DNA from: Candidatus Latescibacterota bacterium
GTDB taxonomy: Bacteria > Latescibacterota > UBA2968 > GCA-2709665
DNA length: 64,000 bases
Direction: 5' to 3'
Assembly: GCA_963667175.2 (NCBI GenBank)
Contig: CAXXXF010000012.1
Coordinates: forward strand, 128,001-192,000
Shown here: positions 29,190-38,105 of the stretch, piece by piece
Numbering within the stretch: position 1 is the first letter of the stretch
Layout of the letters: each line of letters begins with the position of its first letter
The notes under the pieces: model-generated
Told to the model about the DNA's origin: nothing
Database searches by the model: none
What the model saw: only the letters and a program-made list of their open reading frames with translations
Position numbers and translations under genes: made by a program

Positions 29190-31265
29190 TCAGTTCCGGA
29201 ACAGTTTCAGCCAGCGACTCGAGCGCCTTACACGTCGGTTCAGGAAGGACTCCAACCGGTCGCGTTTCAGTACGATCTGGTCCGCTACACTGGCGGTATC
29301 GTCCAGAATCCAGTCCGGAATATCGCTCTTCATCCGGCTTGACGCCATAATATCCGCAGCAATGATCACCGTGTCCCCAGCGAGCGTCCAACTGCCGGAT
29401 GGCGGCTTGCGTTCGCCGCTGTATTTGTCAGCGTGCAGCAGGTTCCCGAGAATGAGGCGCGGCCTTTCAAACGCCCGCTCCTGATACTCACTCAGGGTCA
29501 TCGGTGAACACCACGCGGGCATTTCAACGCCTGGAGGCAGGTTCTCCCGGAAGATACGGCACAGGACCTCCGATGACAGTTCAAGGGCGTCCACGTCATC
29601 ACCATCCGTACCGTCAGACCTGAGCAGTCCGTCCATTTCCGCGAGCATATGCTTCAGATACGACTGGTATAGCGCCGTACTCAGCCTTTCGCGAATTGAT
29701 GCGACCGACCGCTGGAGTCTTCGCCGGGCTGTCGGATCGTCACCCGGCAGAGACGTCCTTGTATAAATCATGAGACATCGTTTCACGATTTCCGGCAGAA
29801 AGCTTCTCGCGTCGGCATTCATGGATAGCGCGAAACACGGATACTCGGAATACGTAATGGTCTCATCCTTGATAATTTCGGGGGCGTGCCGGCTGAAGCG
29901 GTCGCGCGTGACGTCATCGAAGACCACCGGAAATCGCTTATAGGATTCCTGCAATCCGCGAAGGTTGCTTCGCGTGAAATACTGCGTTTCGACGATTCGG
30001 GGGTGAGAAAACATGGACGACATCAGCGTTTCGATCAGGCTGCTCTTTCCGCAATTGCTCTGCCCGTAGAGTACCGCGAACATCGGTTGGTCGAAGCTGA
30101 AACGACTCCGCCGCAGGGCGGCATTTCTGAGGTCGCACATAAATGGCGAAAAATAGAACCAGCACATGAACGTGAAGTAATCGCGCTGCAATCGGGCGAT
30201 ATCACCGAAAAAGCGATTCTCATAATTGCCGAAGAATTCCAACCAGGCGTCGACGTCACGTCTGACTTGAGACGGGTCAACGTCAAGGCTGAGTTCCTGG
30301 CCTGAGAGCGAGAAGACACCTCCGTTGTATGACAGGAACGTCTTCGGTCCGTCATTTTCATGGTTGGACGTGCGGATTCGCGTCATCTGCTTGACGATCG
30401 ACGACGTGAATTTGATGATTCCCTTTCTGTCGGGGCGGATGTCGGCCAGGGCCTGCCTGCGTGACGGCTTGATGTGTTCAACCTGAGACAGGACTCGAGG
30501 CACACTGTATTCGGGCTCGTTATCCTCTTCGGACGGCACGAAAATCGAGACGCCGTTGTTGCTGCGTTCAGCCTCCTTCAGTGCAGGCGTCTCCTCAATT
30601 GGCAAGAGTTCCGCCGGAACCGGCTGTTCACGCAGTGGTACCCGGCTCGAAGCGACGTCGCGAACCGCGTCGTACTGCCGGCGATAGTGGTCCCACGCAA
30701 CGTCGTCGTTGTCGAACGCGATCAATGTTTCGGCCTGCCTCCCCGAGAACGCTGTCTCCGAAAGGTTGGCCGAGCCGACGATCACCCGACGTAGTCCCTC
30801 CCGCTCCAGCAGGTAAATCTTGGCGTGCGCGATCGTGTCCTTGACGACAAAAAAGCGGGCGGATTCATCCACGGCGCGATCATAGATGAATTTCTTCCGT
30901 TCTTCGGACAGGCCCTTGATACCCACGAAACCTTTGTTCAGCTTTTCATCCACGACGGCCTGGAACCCCAGCACATCGGCGGCGTCACGAGGCAGAATGC
31001 CGCTGTGACCGAAAATACATTCGAAATCCTCGTAGTCGTAGTCCCTGAGCAACGCCAGGATCATCGGTATGCTCGGCGTATACGTGAGCGCACGCATGGA
31101 AGTGAAGCCCCCGAACAGGGCGTCTCTATCAAATCTCTCTGACTCGTTGGCGCTCGCGTACACGACGTCCAGTCCCCCACTCTGCGTGCGGGAGTAGGGA
31201 TCATTAAGCGCGAGGTTTTGTTGTGATTGCATTTCGTTAGAATTCCAGTCCAAGTGCCGTGTCAA
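29190..31265 (-). CDS. PLD-family nuclease (NgoFVII-like) fused to a P-loop NTPase
   Basis: HAKIYLL...VGSANLS (single HKD-type motif); GQSNCGKS Walker A; VVFDDV Walker B; SMN sensor-like motif. Confidence 0.75.
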   Translation of the reverse strand: MTRHLDWNSNEMQSQQNLALNDPYSRTQSGGLDVVYASANESERFDRDALFGGFTSMRALTYTPSIPMILALLRDYDYEDFECIFGHSGILPRDAADVLGFQAVVDEKLNKGFVGIKGLSEERKKFIYDRAVDESARFFVVKDTIAHAKIYLLEREGLRRVIVGSANLSETAFSGRQAETLIAFDNDDVAWDHYRRQYDAVRDVASSRVPLREQPVPAELLPIEETPALKEAERSNNGVSIFVPSEEDNEPEYSVPRVLSQVEHIKPSRRQALADIRPDRKGIIKFTSSIVKQMTRIRTSNHENDGPKTFLSYNGGVFSLSGQELSLDVDPSQVRRDVDAWLEFFGNYENRFFGDIARLQRDYFTFMCWFYFSPFMCDLRNAALRRSRFSFDQPMFAVLYGQSNCGKSSLIETLMSSMFSHPRIVETQYFTRSNLRGLQESYKRFPVVFDDVTRDRFSRHAPEIIKDETITYSEYPCFALSMNADARSFLPEIVKRCLMIYTRTSLPGDDPTARRRLQRSVASIRERLSTALYQSYLKHMLAEMDGLLRSDGTDGDDVDALELSSEVLCRIFRENLPPGVEMPAWCSPMTLSEYQERAFERPRLILGNLLHADKYSGERKPPSGSWTLAGDTVIIAADIMASSRMKSDIPDWILDDTASVADQIVLKRDRLESFLNRRVRRSSRWLKLFRN

Positions 31266-31305
31266 TGTTCATTTTGGATTGTACGGCGTGAACATAGCAC
31301 TTCCG

Positions 31306-31632
31306 CTAAATCGCAATGACCTTCGTGACACCTTCCCGTTCCGGCCAATCGATATGTATGCTTACGTCGCAATTGAGACGCTCGAGAAACCGCATCAGCC
31401 TTTCGACGCTGTAATAGGAAAACTTGCCGTTCTTCAGTCTGGAGATCTCCGGCTGCTTAACCCCCATGATCCTCGCGGCCTTCGTTTGAGTCAGCCTGCG
31501 ATGTTCCAGAATCCGGAATATTTCCGCGCCGAGTTCTGCTTTGAGCAGTTCCTCTCTGGCTTCCTCATCACCAAAGCCGAGGTCTGTAAAGACGTTGCCG
31601 CTGCCCTCTTCGACTCTTATATCCTGGCCCAT
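31306..31632 (-). CDS. XRE/HigA-like HTH antitoxin (orphan)
   Basis: GSGNVFTDLG, LTQTKAARIMGVKQPEISRL and YSVERL motifs. Confidence 0.8.
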   Translation of the reverse strand: MGQDIRVEEGSGNVFTDLGFGDEEAREELLKAELGAEIFRILEHRRLTQTKAARIMGVKQPEISRLKNGKFSYYSVERLMRFLERLNCDVSIHIDWPEREGVTKVIAI

Positions 31633-31654
31633 AGGGGTCTCCTCACAACCCTTG

Positions 31655-32029
31655 TCACGCGCCGAACGACTTTAGCAGAATGGCCGGCAACCGTTTCAAC
31701 TCCTGGTTGCGAGGGTCCACCTCGAAGCCGCCGGACTCAAGCGCCGTCACCCCAAGCAGGGGTTCGGCGCCTTCCTCGCCATAGACGATTGTGCCGCCCA
31801 CGACCTCTCCCTCGAATTCAAGGTCGGCAGTCGTTATCTCCATGCTGATCCCGGTCCCGTCTGCGAGGGTGTACTCGCGGCGGCCCTTCGGCGTGAGTCC
31901 GATGGCTTCCAACCGAGCCCTGGGCACGAGCGAGTCGAACGCGCCGGTGTCCACCAGGAATGCGCCGGTCCAGCTTCGCTGCAGATCGGCCGGATTTCGG
32001 ATCGTTACGTCTACGTAGGTCGCGCCCAT
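31655..32029 (-). CDS. Clan AA (retropepsin-like) aspartic protease
   Basis: FLVDTGA, LADG and PLLGVTALE motifs. Confidence 0.85.
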   Translation of the reverse strand: MGATYVDVTIRNPADLQRSWTGAFLVDTGAFDSLVPRARLEAIGLTPKGRREYTLADGTGISMEITTADLEFEGEVVGGTIVYGEEGAEPLLGVTALESGGFEVDPRNQELKRLPAILLKSFGA

Positions 32030-32104
32030 CGTGAATCTCCTTTCGGCAGGTCCAGCACCATGGTTCGTGTCGCCGAAAAGATCACTGCAAACTTTCGTGC
32101 CATT

Positions 32105-33205
32105 TCACCGTGCCAGCCAGGCGCTGAAGCGCTCGTTCATCTCGTCCTGGTGATCGCTCCACCACTCCCAGTTGTTGCGCAGCGCGCGCTTTAAATTCTG
32201 CGGGCTGGTTGGCATGTGGGGATTCATATCCACGCCCTTTTCGGCGTGCGTCGAGATCAGCGGCGTCGCCGAGCGACGGGTTCCGCTGTATGCAATATGC
32301 CGGGCCACGCCGGCCATGGACTGCGCGGTTGACGCGAATCTCAGGAACTTCAACGCGGCCTCGATATTGGGCGTGCCCGCGACAACGCCCAGCCCGCCGG
32401 TGTCGAGCACCTGGCCGTCCCACACGATGACGAAGGGCTGGTTCTCCAGCACCTGAGCGTTGAAGATGCGCCCGTTGTAGGCCGTGCTCATCGCCACCTC
32501 CCCGTCGGCCAGCATCTGCGGCGGCTGCGCCCCGGCCTCCCACCATACGATATGTTCCTTGATCGTGTCCAGTTTTCGGAACGCGCGGTCCACGCCGGCG
32601 GGCGTATCGAGGACGGCGTACACCGAATCGATGGACACACCGTCGGCCATCAGCGCGAACTCCAGGTTCACCAGCGGCGAACGCCGCATCCCGCGACGCC
32701 CCGGGAATTTCTCCAGGTCGAAGAAGTCGGCAATGGCGGCCGGTTTCTCGCCCTTGATGTGCTTCTCATTGTACGCGTATACGGTGGAGTAGAAAATCGT
32801 TGCCGGACCGCAGTCCGTCATCGTCTCTGGCACAAAGTCCTCCGCCGCGGGCGTTGCGTCGGCTCCCGGCGGCAGCGATGCCGCGTCTACGGGTTCCAGC
32901 AGCCCCTCGTCGCAACCGCGGACCAGGTCCGGGGTCTCCAGGTCGACCACGTCCCAGTACACGTTGCCCACGTCCACCTGCGCGCGAATCTGCGCCAGGC
33001 CGCCGTTGTAATCTTCGAGATTGATCTTGATACCCGTGTCCGCGGTAAACTGTTCGTGGTAGCCCTTGACGCAGGCGCGCGCGTAGGACCCGCCCCACGA
33101 AACCACGGTCAATGGCCGATCGCCGGCGAGCGCGCCTCCCGCGATCAGCACGGACAGTCCCGCCAACGACGCGATGCGAACGATGTTGCTCCATAGATCC
33201 TTCAT
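32105..33205 (-). CDS. Polyamine-type ABC transporter substrate-binding protein
   Basis: Signal peptide; VSWGGSY, DFFDLEKFPGRR and ALMADGV motifs. Confidence 0.85.
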   Translation of the reverse strand: MKDLWSNIVRIASLAGLSVLIAGGALAGDRPLTVVSWGGSYARACVKGYHEQFTADTGIKINLEDYNGGLAQIRAQVDVGNVYWDVVDLETPDLVRGCDEGLLEPVDAASLPPGADATPAAEDFVPETMTDCGPATIFYSTVYAYNEKHIKGEKPAAIADFFDLEKFPGRRGMRRSPLVNLEFALMADGVSIDSVYAVLDTPAGVDRAFRKLDTIKEHIVWWEAGAQPPQMLADGEVAMSTAYNGRIFNAQVLENQPFVIVWDGQVLDTGGLGVVAGTPNIEAALKFLRFASTAQSMAGVARHIAYSGTRRSATPLISTHAEKGVDMNPHMPTSPQNLKRALRNNWEWWSDHQDEMNERFSAWLAR

Positions 33206-34311
33206 GTAGATTCCTCCTCGTTTTCCGGGTCCAGTACCCGGCAGTCCGTGGGCGTCCAGCCGATCCGGACGTTGTCACCCACCAGCATGGCGCCGTGCCC
33301 CACGATATTCGGTATCTTCGCGATAAAGTCCGACCGGCCGCAGACGTTGACGCGAACTCGCAGATGGTCGCCCAGAAACGTGATGTCTTCGATAATCGCA
33401 TCCAGTTCGTTCGTGTACAGCCCCGCCTCCGGCGAGACGGCGACGCGTTCCGGGCGAATCGAAAGCGTTGTGGCGTCGCCGGGCCGGCACGGCGCAACGC
33501 GCAGCGCCCGGACGATCTGACCGCCGGTTTCCACCTCGCAGATGTCCCCGTCGACGCTCCTCACGCGGCCATGGAGACGGTTGTTTTCCCCGATAAAGCG
33601 GGCGACGAAGGAGCGTTCCGGCTCTTCGTAGAGGACCTCGGGTTCGGCCACCTGCTCGACGTCTCCGCTCCGCAGCACCGCAATCCGGTCCGACATGACC
33701 ATTGCCTCCTCCTGATCATGCGTCACGTACACCATGGTGACGCCGAGGCTTTTGTGGATGCGCCGGATTTCGTATTGCATCTCCTCCCGCAAGCGCCGGT
33801 CGAGCGCGCCCAGGGGTTCGTCCATCAATACCAGCTCGGGCTCGAAGACCAGCGCGCGAGCGATTGCCACGCGCTGCTGCTGGCCGCCGGAGAGCTGCCC
33901 GGGCCGCCGGTCCTCGAGCCCGTCGAGCCGAACCAGCCGGAGGGCGCGAGCCACGCGTTCCCGGCATTGCGCCTCGTCCAGTCCCCGCACCTCCAGCGGA
34001 AAGGCGAGGTTCCGGCCCACCGTCATGTGGGGAAAGAGCGCGTAATTCTGAAAGACCATGCCGATCCCGCGTTTGCGCGGGGGCAGTTCATGCACGGACC
34101 GACCGTCGATGCGAATGGCGCCCGAGGTCGGCGTTTCGAAACCGGCCAGCATCATCAGGCAGGTGGTCTTGCCCGATCCGGACGGCCCGAGCATGGTCAG
34201 GAATTCACCCTTTTTCACGCTGAGATCGAGATTTTCGACGACCAGGGTCCTGCCGTCGAAGCTCTTGCTGACACCCTCGAACTCGACGTACGCGTTGTCG
34301 TTTCCTTGCAT
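33202..34311 (-). CDS. Polyamine-type ABC transporter ATP-binding protein (PotA-like)
   Basis: GPSGSGKTT, VFQNYALFPH and LSGGQQQR motifs; TOBE domain. Confidence 0.9.
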   Translation of the reverse strand: MQGNDNAYVEFEGVSKSFDGRTLVVENLDLSVKKGEFLTMLGPSGSGKTTCLMMLAGFETPTSGAIRIDGRSVHELPPRKRGIGMVFQNYALFPHMTVGRNLAFPLEVRGLDEAQCRERVARALRLVRLDGLEDRRPGQLSGGQQQRVAIARALVFEPELVLMDEPLGALDRRLREEMQYEIRRIHKSLGVTMVYVTHDQEEAMVMSDRIAVLRSGDVEQVAEPEVLYEEPERSFVARFIGENNRLHGRVRSVDGDICEVETGGQIVRALRVAPCRPGDATTLSIRPERVAVSPEAGLYTNELDAIIEDITFLGDHLRVRVNVCGRSDFIAKIPNIVGHGAMLVGDNVRIGWTPTDCRVLDPENEEEST

Positions 34312-34378
34312 TGAGGCGGCCTCTACGAACGGTGTTCGGTTTACTGGTTTCGCGAACGCGGCGGTCTGCCGCGGCGGC

Positions 34379-35203
34379 CTATCTTGCAGCGGAACGCCTT
34401 CGCATCCATTCAACGGCAAACAACAGCAGGACGGCGAAGACAATCAGAAACGTCGCCACCGCAAGGATGGTGGGGCTGATCTGCTCGCGGATTCCGGCCC
34501 ACATCTGACGCGGAATCGTACGCTGCTCGATGGCGGCCATGAACAGCACCACGACCACTTCATCGAAAGACGTGGCAAACGCGAAGAGCGCCCCCGAGAT
34601 CACGCCCGGCGCGATCAACGGCAGTTGGACGCGACGAAAGACGCGCACGGGCCCCGCGCCCAGGCTGGCGGCCGCACGCGTCAGATTGGTGTCGAACGCG
34701 GAGAGCGTGGCGGTCACCGTAATCACCACGAACGGCGTTCCCAGCGCGGCGTGGGCCAGAATCAACCCGATATGGGTCTGGGCCAGACCCAGGTTCGAGT
34801 AGAAGAAGAACATCCCCGCCGCCGCGATGATCACCGGGGTCACCATGGGCGAAATGAGCAGGCCCATCGCCCAGCGGCGGCCGGGCATGGCCGGGCTGGA
34901 AAGCCCCATCGCGGCGAGCGTTCCGAGTCCGGTCGCCAGCACCGTGGACGCGATGCCGATGACCAGACTGTTGACGAGCGCGCGCGTCCATACCTCGTTC
35001 TCGACGATCTGACGGTACCATCGCAGCGAATACGCGTCCGCGTCCAGACGCAGCATGCCCTCTGTAAAGGTGAAGTAGGGCTCCGCATTGAAGCTCAGAG
35101 GTACGATCACGAGGATCGGCGCAATGAGAAACAGGAAAACGGCCGTGCAGAAGCCAACGTAAATGAAACGGCCCACCCGTTCCCGCGTTCCGGCAGTCGC
35201 CAT
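34379..35203 (-). CDS. ABC permease (PotC-like)
   Basis: EAA-like RAAASLGA; SFDEVVV. Confidence 0.88.
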   Translation of the reverse strand: MATAGTRERVGRFIYVGFCTAVFLFLIAPILVIVPLSFNAEPYFTFTEGMLRLDADAYSLRWYRQIVENEVWTRALVNSLVIGIASTVLATGLGTLAAMGLSSPAMPGRRWAMGLLISPMVTPVIIAAAGMFFFYSNLGLAQTHIGLILAHAALGTPFVVITVTATLSAFDTNLTRAAASLGAGPVRVFRRVQLPLIAPGVISGALFAFATSFDEVVVVLFMAAIEQRTIPRQMWAGIREQISPTILAVATFLIVFAVLLLFAVEWMRRRSAAR

Positions 35204-35204
35204 C

Positions 35205-36419
35205 TCAACCCAACCTCATCCGCTCGATACCCACCAGACGGTCGTAGAGCAGATACAACGCCCCCACACAGGCCAGCAGGATGCCGCCGAGCGCCGCGGC
35301 AAGCCCCCAGTTGAGCGAGGTCTGCATGTGGAACGCAATCATATTGGAGATGAGTTGCCCGCTGCTCCCGCCCACCAGTGCGGGTGTGATATAGTACCCG
35401 ATGGCAAGAATGAATACCAGGAGCGATCCCGCGCTCACGCCGGGCAGCGACTGCGGCCAGTACACACGCCAGAAAGCCTGAAAGGAACTTGCGCCGAGGG
35501 AGGCCGCAGCGCTCATCTGAATGGGCGGAATGCCGCGCATGACCGAATAGAGCGGGAGAACCATAAAGGGAAGCAGCACGTGCGTCATCGCCACCAGCGT
35601 GCCGATCATGTTGTAAATCATGGCGAGCCGGCCGTCGTCGCCGATCAGCCCCAGAGTCACGAGCAGGTCGTTGAGTACGCCCTGGGTCTGCAACAGCACG
35701 ATCCAGGACGTGGTCCGCACAAGCAGCGACGTCCAGAACGGGACCAGCACAAGAATCAGAAGCAGATTGCCAATGCGCGGGGGCGCGTGCGCGATCAGGC
35801 GGGCAATCGGGTAACCGAGCAACAGACACAGCGCCGTGATGGTGAGGCTCACCCAGAGGGTCCGCCACAGCAAGGGAAGATAGATGCGTCGTTCTTCGGG
35901 TTGCCGCCCGACTGCGCCGTTCGGCAGGCGTTGAAGGTCGAGGGCGTTCAGATAGTGACGCGCGGTGTATCGCTCCCCGGCGCTCCGGATCGCGTGCCAG
36001 GTCCGCGCGTCCGCCCAGGCGGCGTCGATGCCGGTCATGGCGTCGCGCCACGGACCGCTGTCGACCTGACGGAGCCGCCGGGCGCTCTTCGTCAACACGC
36101 TTCGGAGCCCGCTCCGGACCCGGTTGACGCGGCTGGCAATCTGTCCGAGGGTCCGATCTTCGCGCGCCTGAACCAGTTCTCGCGCGGCCGACTCGTAGAC
36201 CGCCTCCGCGGGAGTGCTGCTGCCGTCCCAGTCGTTCAACAGCCCCAGCGTTCGCGGCAGGGCGTCGGAGACCACGGGATCGTACACGCTCCGCACCAGC
36301 ATCGTCGCAAGCGGCGCGACGAAGGTGAAACCGACAAAAGCCATCAGCGGCAGCGCCAGCCCCGCGGCGCGCAACCGGGGGCGGAGATTCGGGTTCTTAA
36401 TGTGCCGGTTTGACGCCAT
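35205..36419 (-). CDS. ABC permease (PotB-like)
   Basis: PFWTSLLVRT, LPFMVLPLY and GYYITPALVGG motifs. Confidence 0.88.
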   Translation of the reverse strand: MASNRHIKNPNLRPRLRAAGLALPLMAFVGFTFVAPLATMLVRSVYDPVVSDALPRTLGLLNDWDGSSTPAEAVYESAARELVQAREDRTLGQIASRVNRVRSGLRSVLTKSARRLRQVDSGPWRDAMTGIDAAWADARTWHAIRSAGERYTARHYLNALDLQRLPNGAVGRQPEERRIYLPLLWRTLWVSLTITALCLLLGYPIARLIAHAPPRIGNLLLILVLVPFWTSLLVRTTSWIVLLQTQGVLNDLLVTLGLIGDDGRLAMIYNMIGTLVAMTHVLLPFMVLPLYSVMRGIPPIQMSAAASLGASSFQAFWRVYWPQSLPGVSAGSLLVFILAIGYYITPALVGGSSGQLISNMIAFHMQTSLNWGLAAALGGILLACVGALYLLYDRLVGIERMRLG

Positions 36420-36679
36420 GCGGAAGATGTGATTCTCTTATTGGACGATTTAATTGAGAAAACGAACATCAGAAACTACGAAACACGCGAAAAAGCGCGA
36501 AAAATACCTGACTGAACCTAGTTAAGTCATAAAACGGAACTTACGTGGATAGACAGGACGAAAACCAAAAAGCACGAGAAAACGGGAAACCCAAAGAGCG
36601 CGACAAAGGCATTTGCCACAAAAGGCACAAAGGGAAATCTGTTTCTGTCCCGGACAGCGGTGAATCGACACCAAGCCGA

Positions 36680-36856
36680 CTACCCCTCTTGCAGGTGTGC
36701 CCATGCGGCATCCTCTTCCGGACGATTCCAGTCGTCAGCGAGTGAGGGTTCACTCAACAACGCCGTTTCAGAAGGTTCGATCCTTCCAGTGGCGTCTGCT
36801 TCGTTCCGGCCGGAGGCGCGGTCGAATTCGCAATCGGATATCTGCTTCTCCGGCAT
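36680..36856 (-). CDS. Small antitoxin-like protein (DUF2281-like tail typical of MazF/PemK partners); N-terminus possibly altered by the adjacent MITE
   Basis: Manual translation ends ETALLSEPSLADDWNRPEEDAAWAHLQEG; overlaps a MazF-like start MGTPARGVV at 36704 that degenerates after about 12 codons. Confidence 0.6.
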   Translation of the reverse strand: MPEKQISDCEFDRASGRNEADATGRIEPSETALLSEPSLADDWNRPEEDAAWAHLQEG

Positions 36857-36860
36857 CTAT

Positions 36861-37019
36861 CGTCCGTTGAAAAAGTCGCTCTGCAGGCGAGCCCGAGGCA
36901 TTGTGGCCGAAGACAAGGCGCGCGACCGACGCGAATCTCTGGATTCGGGGAGGGAGCGCAACGCCGTGTTTCGGCCACATGGGCCGGACGCAGACCGGAT
37001 GGACTTTATCAACGGGCTG
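36861..37019 (-). mobile_element. MITE-like non-autonomous element with imperfect TIRs (CCGTTGA..TCAACGG)
   Basis: Ends CAGCCCGTTGATAAAG and CTTTTTCAACGGACG; starts right after a TAG; second partial copy at 8758. Confidence 0.7.
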
Positions 37020-37586
37020 CTAAGGTCCGAATGTGGGGCAGCCCACAAGTGTTGGCGCGCAGCCTTCGGGAACGGGAACCTGAAACGCATTGAGGGTCTG
37101 CGCCACCAGGCTGTAATAGCCGACGATTCCCGTCAGCTCCACAACACCGGTCTTGCCGAGCGCTTCCTGCGCCGCGCTGAATACGCCATCCGGAACAACG
37201 TGCTTCCCCAACAATTCGCTGACGAAGTCAAAAACGGCGCGTTCGTCGTCTCGGCCGAAACCGGGCGCCCGTCCGTGCCGGACCGCGTCGATGAGTTCCT
37301 GACTCAATCCGCTTTCGACGGCGAAGGGTTCGTGCAGGGACCACTCCACCTGGCAGTCCCAGAATCGCGCGGTCACCAGGATGGCCAGTTCGCTCAGCCT
37401 GGGCGCCAGGCTCGTGCGGTACCGCACGAATTCACCCAGGCTCTGGGCGCGGTCGGCCAACTCCGGGCTGTGCAGCCAGACGCCGAACGGCCCGGAAATG
37501 CTGCCCCGGGACTCGAGGATCGCGTCGTAGATGCGCGCCTGCTCCGGATTCAGTTCGGCGCGCTCCAACTGGCCTGGTCTGGTCAT
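37020..37586 (-). CDS. Carboxymuconolactone decarboxylase/AhpD-like protein
   Basis: GPFGVWLHSPEL, ELAILVTAR, EWSLH and VGYY motifs. Confidence 0.85.
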   Translation of the reverse strand: MTRPGQLERAELNPEQARIYDAILESRGSISGPFGVWLHSPELADRAQSLGEFVRYRTSLAPRLSELAILVTARFWDCQVEWSLHEPFAVESGLSQELIDAVRHGRAPGFGRDDERAVFDFVSELLGKHVVPDGVFSAAQEALGKTGVVELTGIVGYYSLVAQTLNAFQVPVPEGCAPTLVGCPTFGP

Positions 37587-37670
37587 TCGCGAAGGCTCCG
37601 CATCGTTGAACTCAGGTCGATGTCAAAAGGATGTTGGGGGAAATCTCTTTAAAGGAGCGCAAATTCGTGT

Positions 37671-37799
37671 TCACCGGCTTGCCAATTCGACGGTCGACGT
37701 CGCCGGTGGCAGAGGCTTCCCGTCCTTATGATATATCGCGATCGCCTCCTCGACAATCTGGCATAGGTGATCGAAGACGGCACGCGCGAGTTCAGCGAC
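37671..37799 (-). pseudogene. Internally deleted hicA-hicB remnant
   Basis: Reads VAELARA (HicA start of 40304-40501) fused in frame to RAVFDHLCQIVEEAI...STVELASR (HicB end of 40083-40307); no in-frame start codon. Confidence 0.75.
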
Positions 37800-37840
37800 G
37801 ACATTGGAGTTGATTATACCATTAAAGGAGCAAGTGAGTC

Positions 37841-37922
37841 GTAGCACAAACTGTTAGTTTGTGCACCGTAAGAAATCCCATCCACGTTTGTCCTCAGCAC
37901 GCAAGCTGACAGTTTGCGCTAC
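37841..37922. repeat. REPIN 1 (inverted pair of GTAG-REPs)
   Basis: GTAG-CACAAACT-GTT-AGTTTGTG on +, and GTAG-CGCAAACT-GTC-AGCTTGCG on -. Confidence 0.85.
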
Positions 37923-38023
37923 CTTCGAAGGCCCGGAAATGCCGCCCTTATCCACAAATCCGGCCCGCACGAGCTCTGAGACCATAAAGAAGCCAATTAC
38001 ACCGTCAAAAAAGCAAGTGGGTC

Positions 38024-38105
38024 GTAGCACAAACTGTTAGTTTGTGCACCGTAAGAAATCCCATCCACGTCTGTCCTCAGCACGCAAACTGACAGTTTGC
38101 GCTAC
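38024..38105. repeat. REPIN 2 (near-identical to REPIN 1; overlaps the RAYT stop)
   Basis: 82-nt near-exact direct repeat of 37841-37922. Confidence 0.85.

Noticed and set aside
37841-38105. Possible CRISPR mini-array
   Set aside because: The repeats alternate in orientation, the inner spacers are near-identical, there are no cas genes, and a RAYT is adjacent, so these are REPINs.
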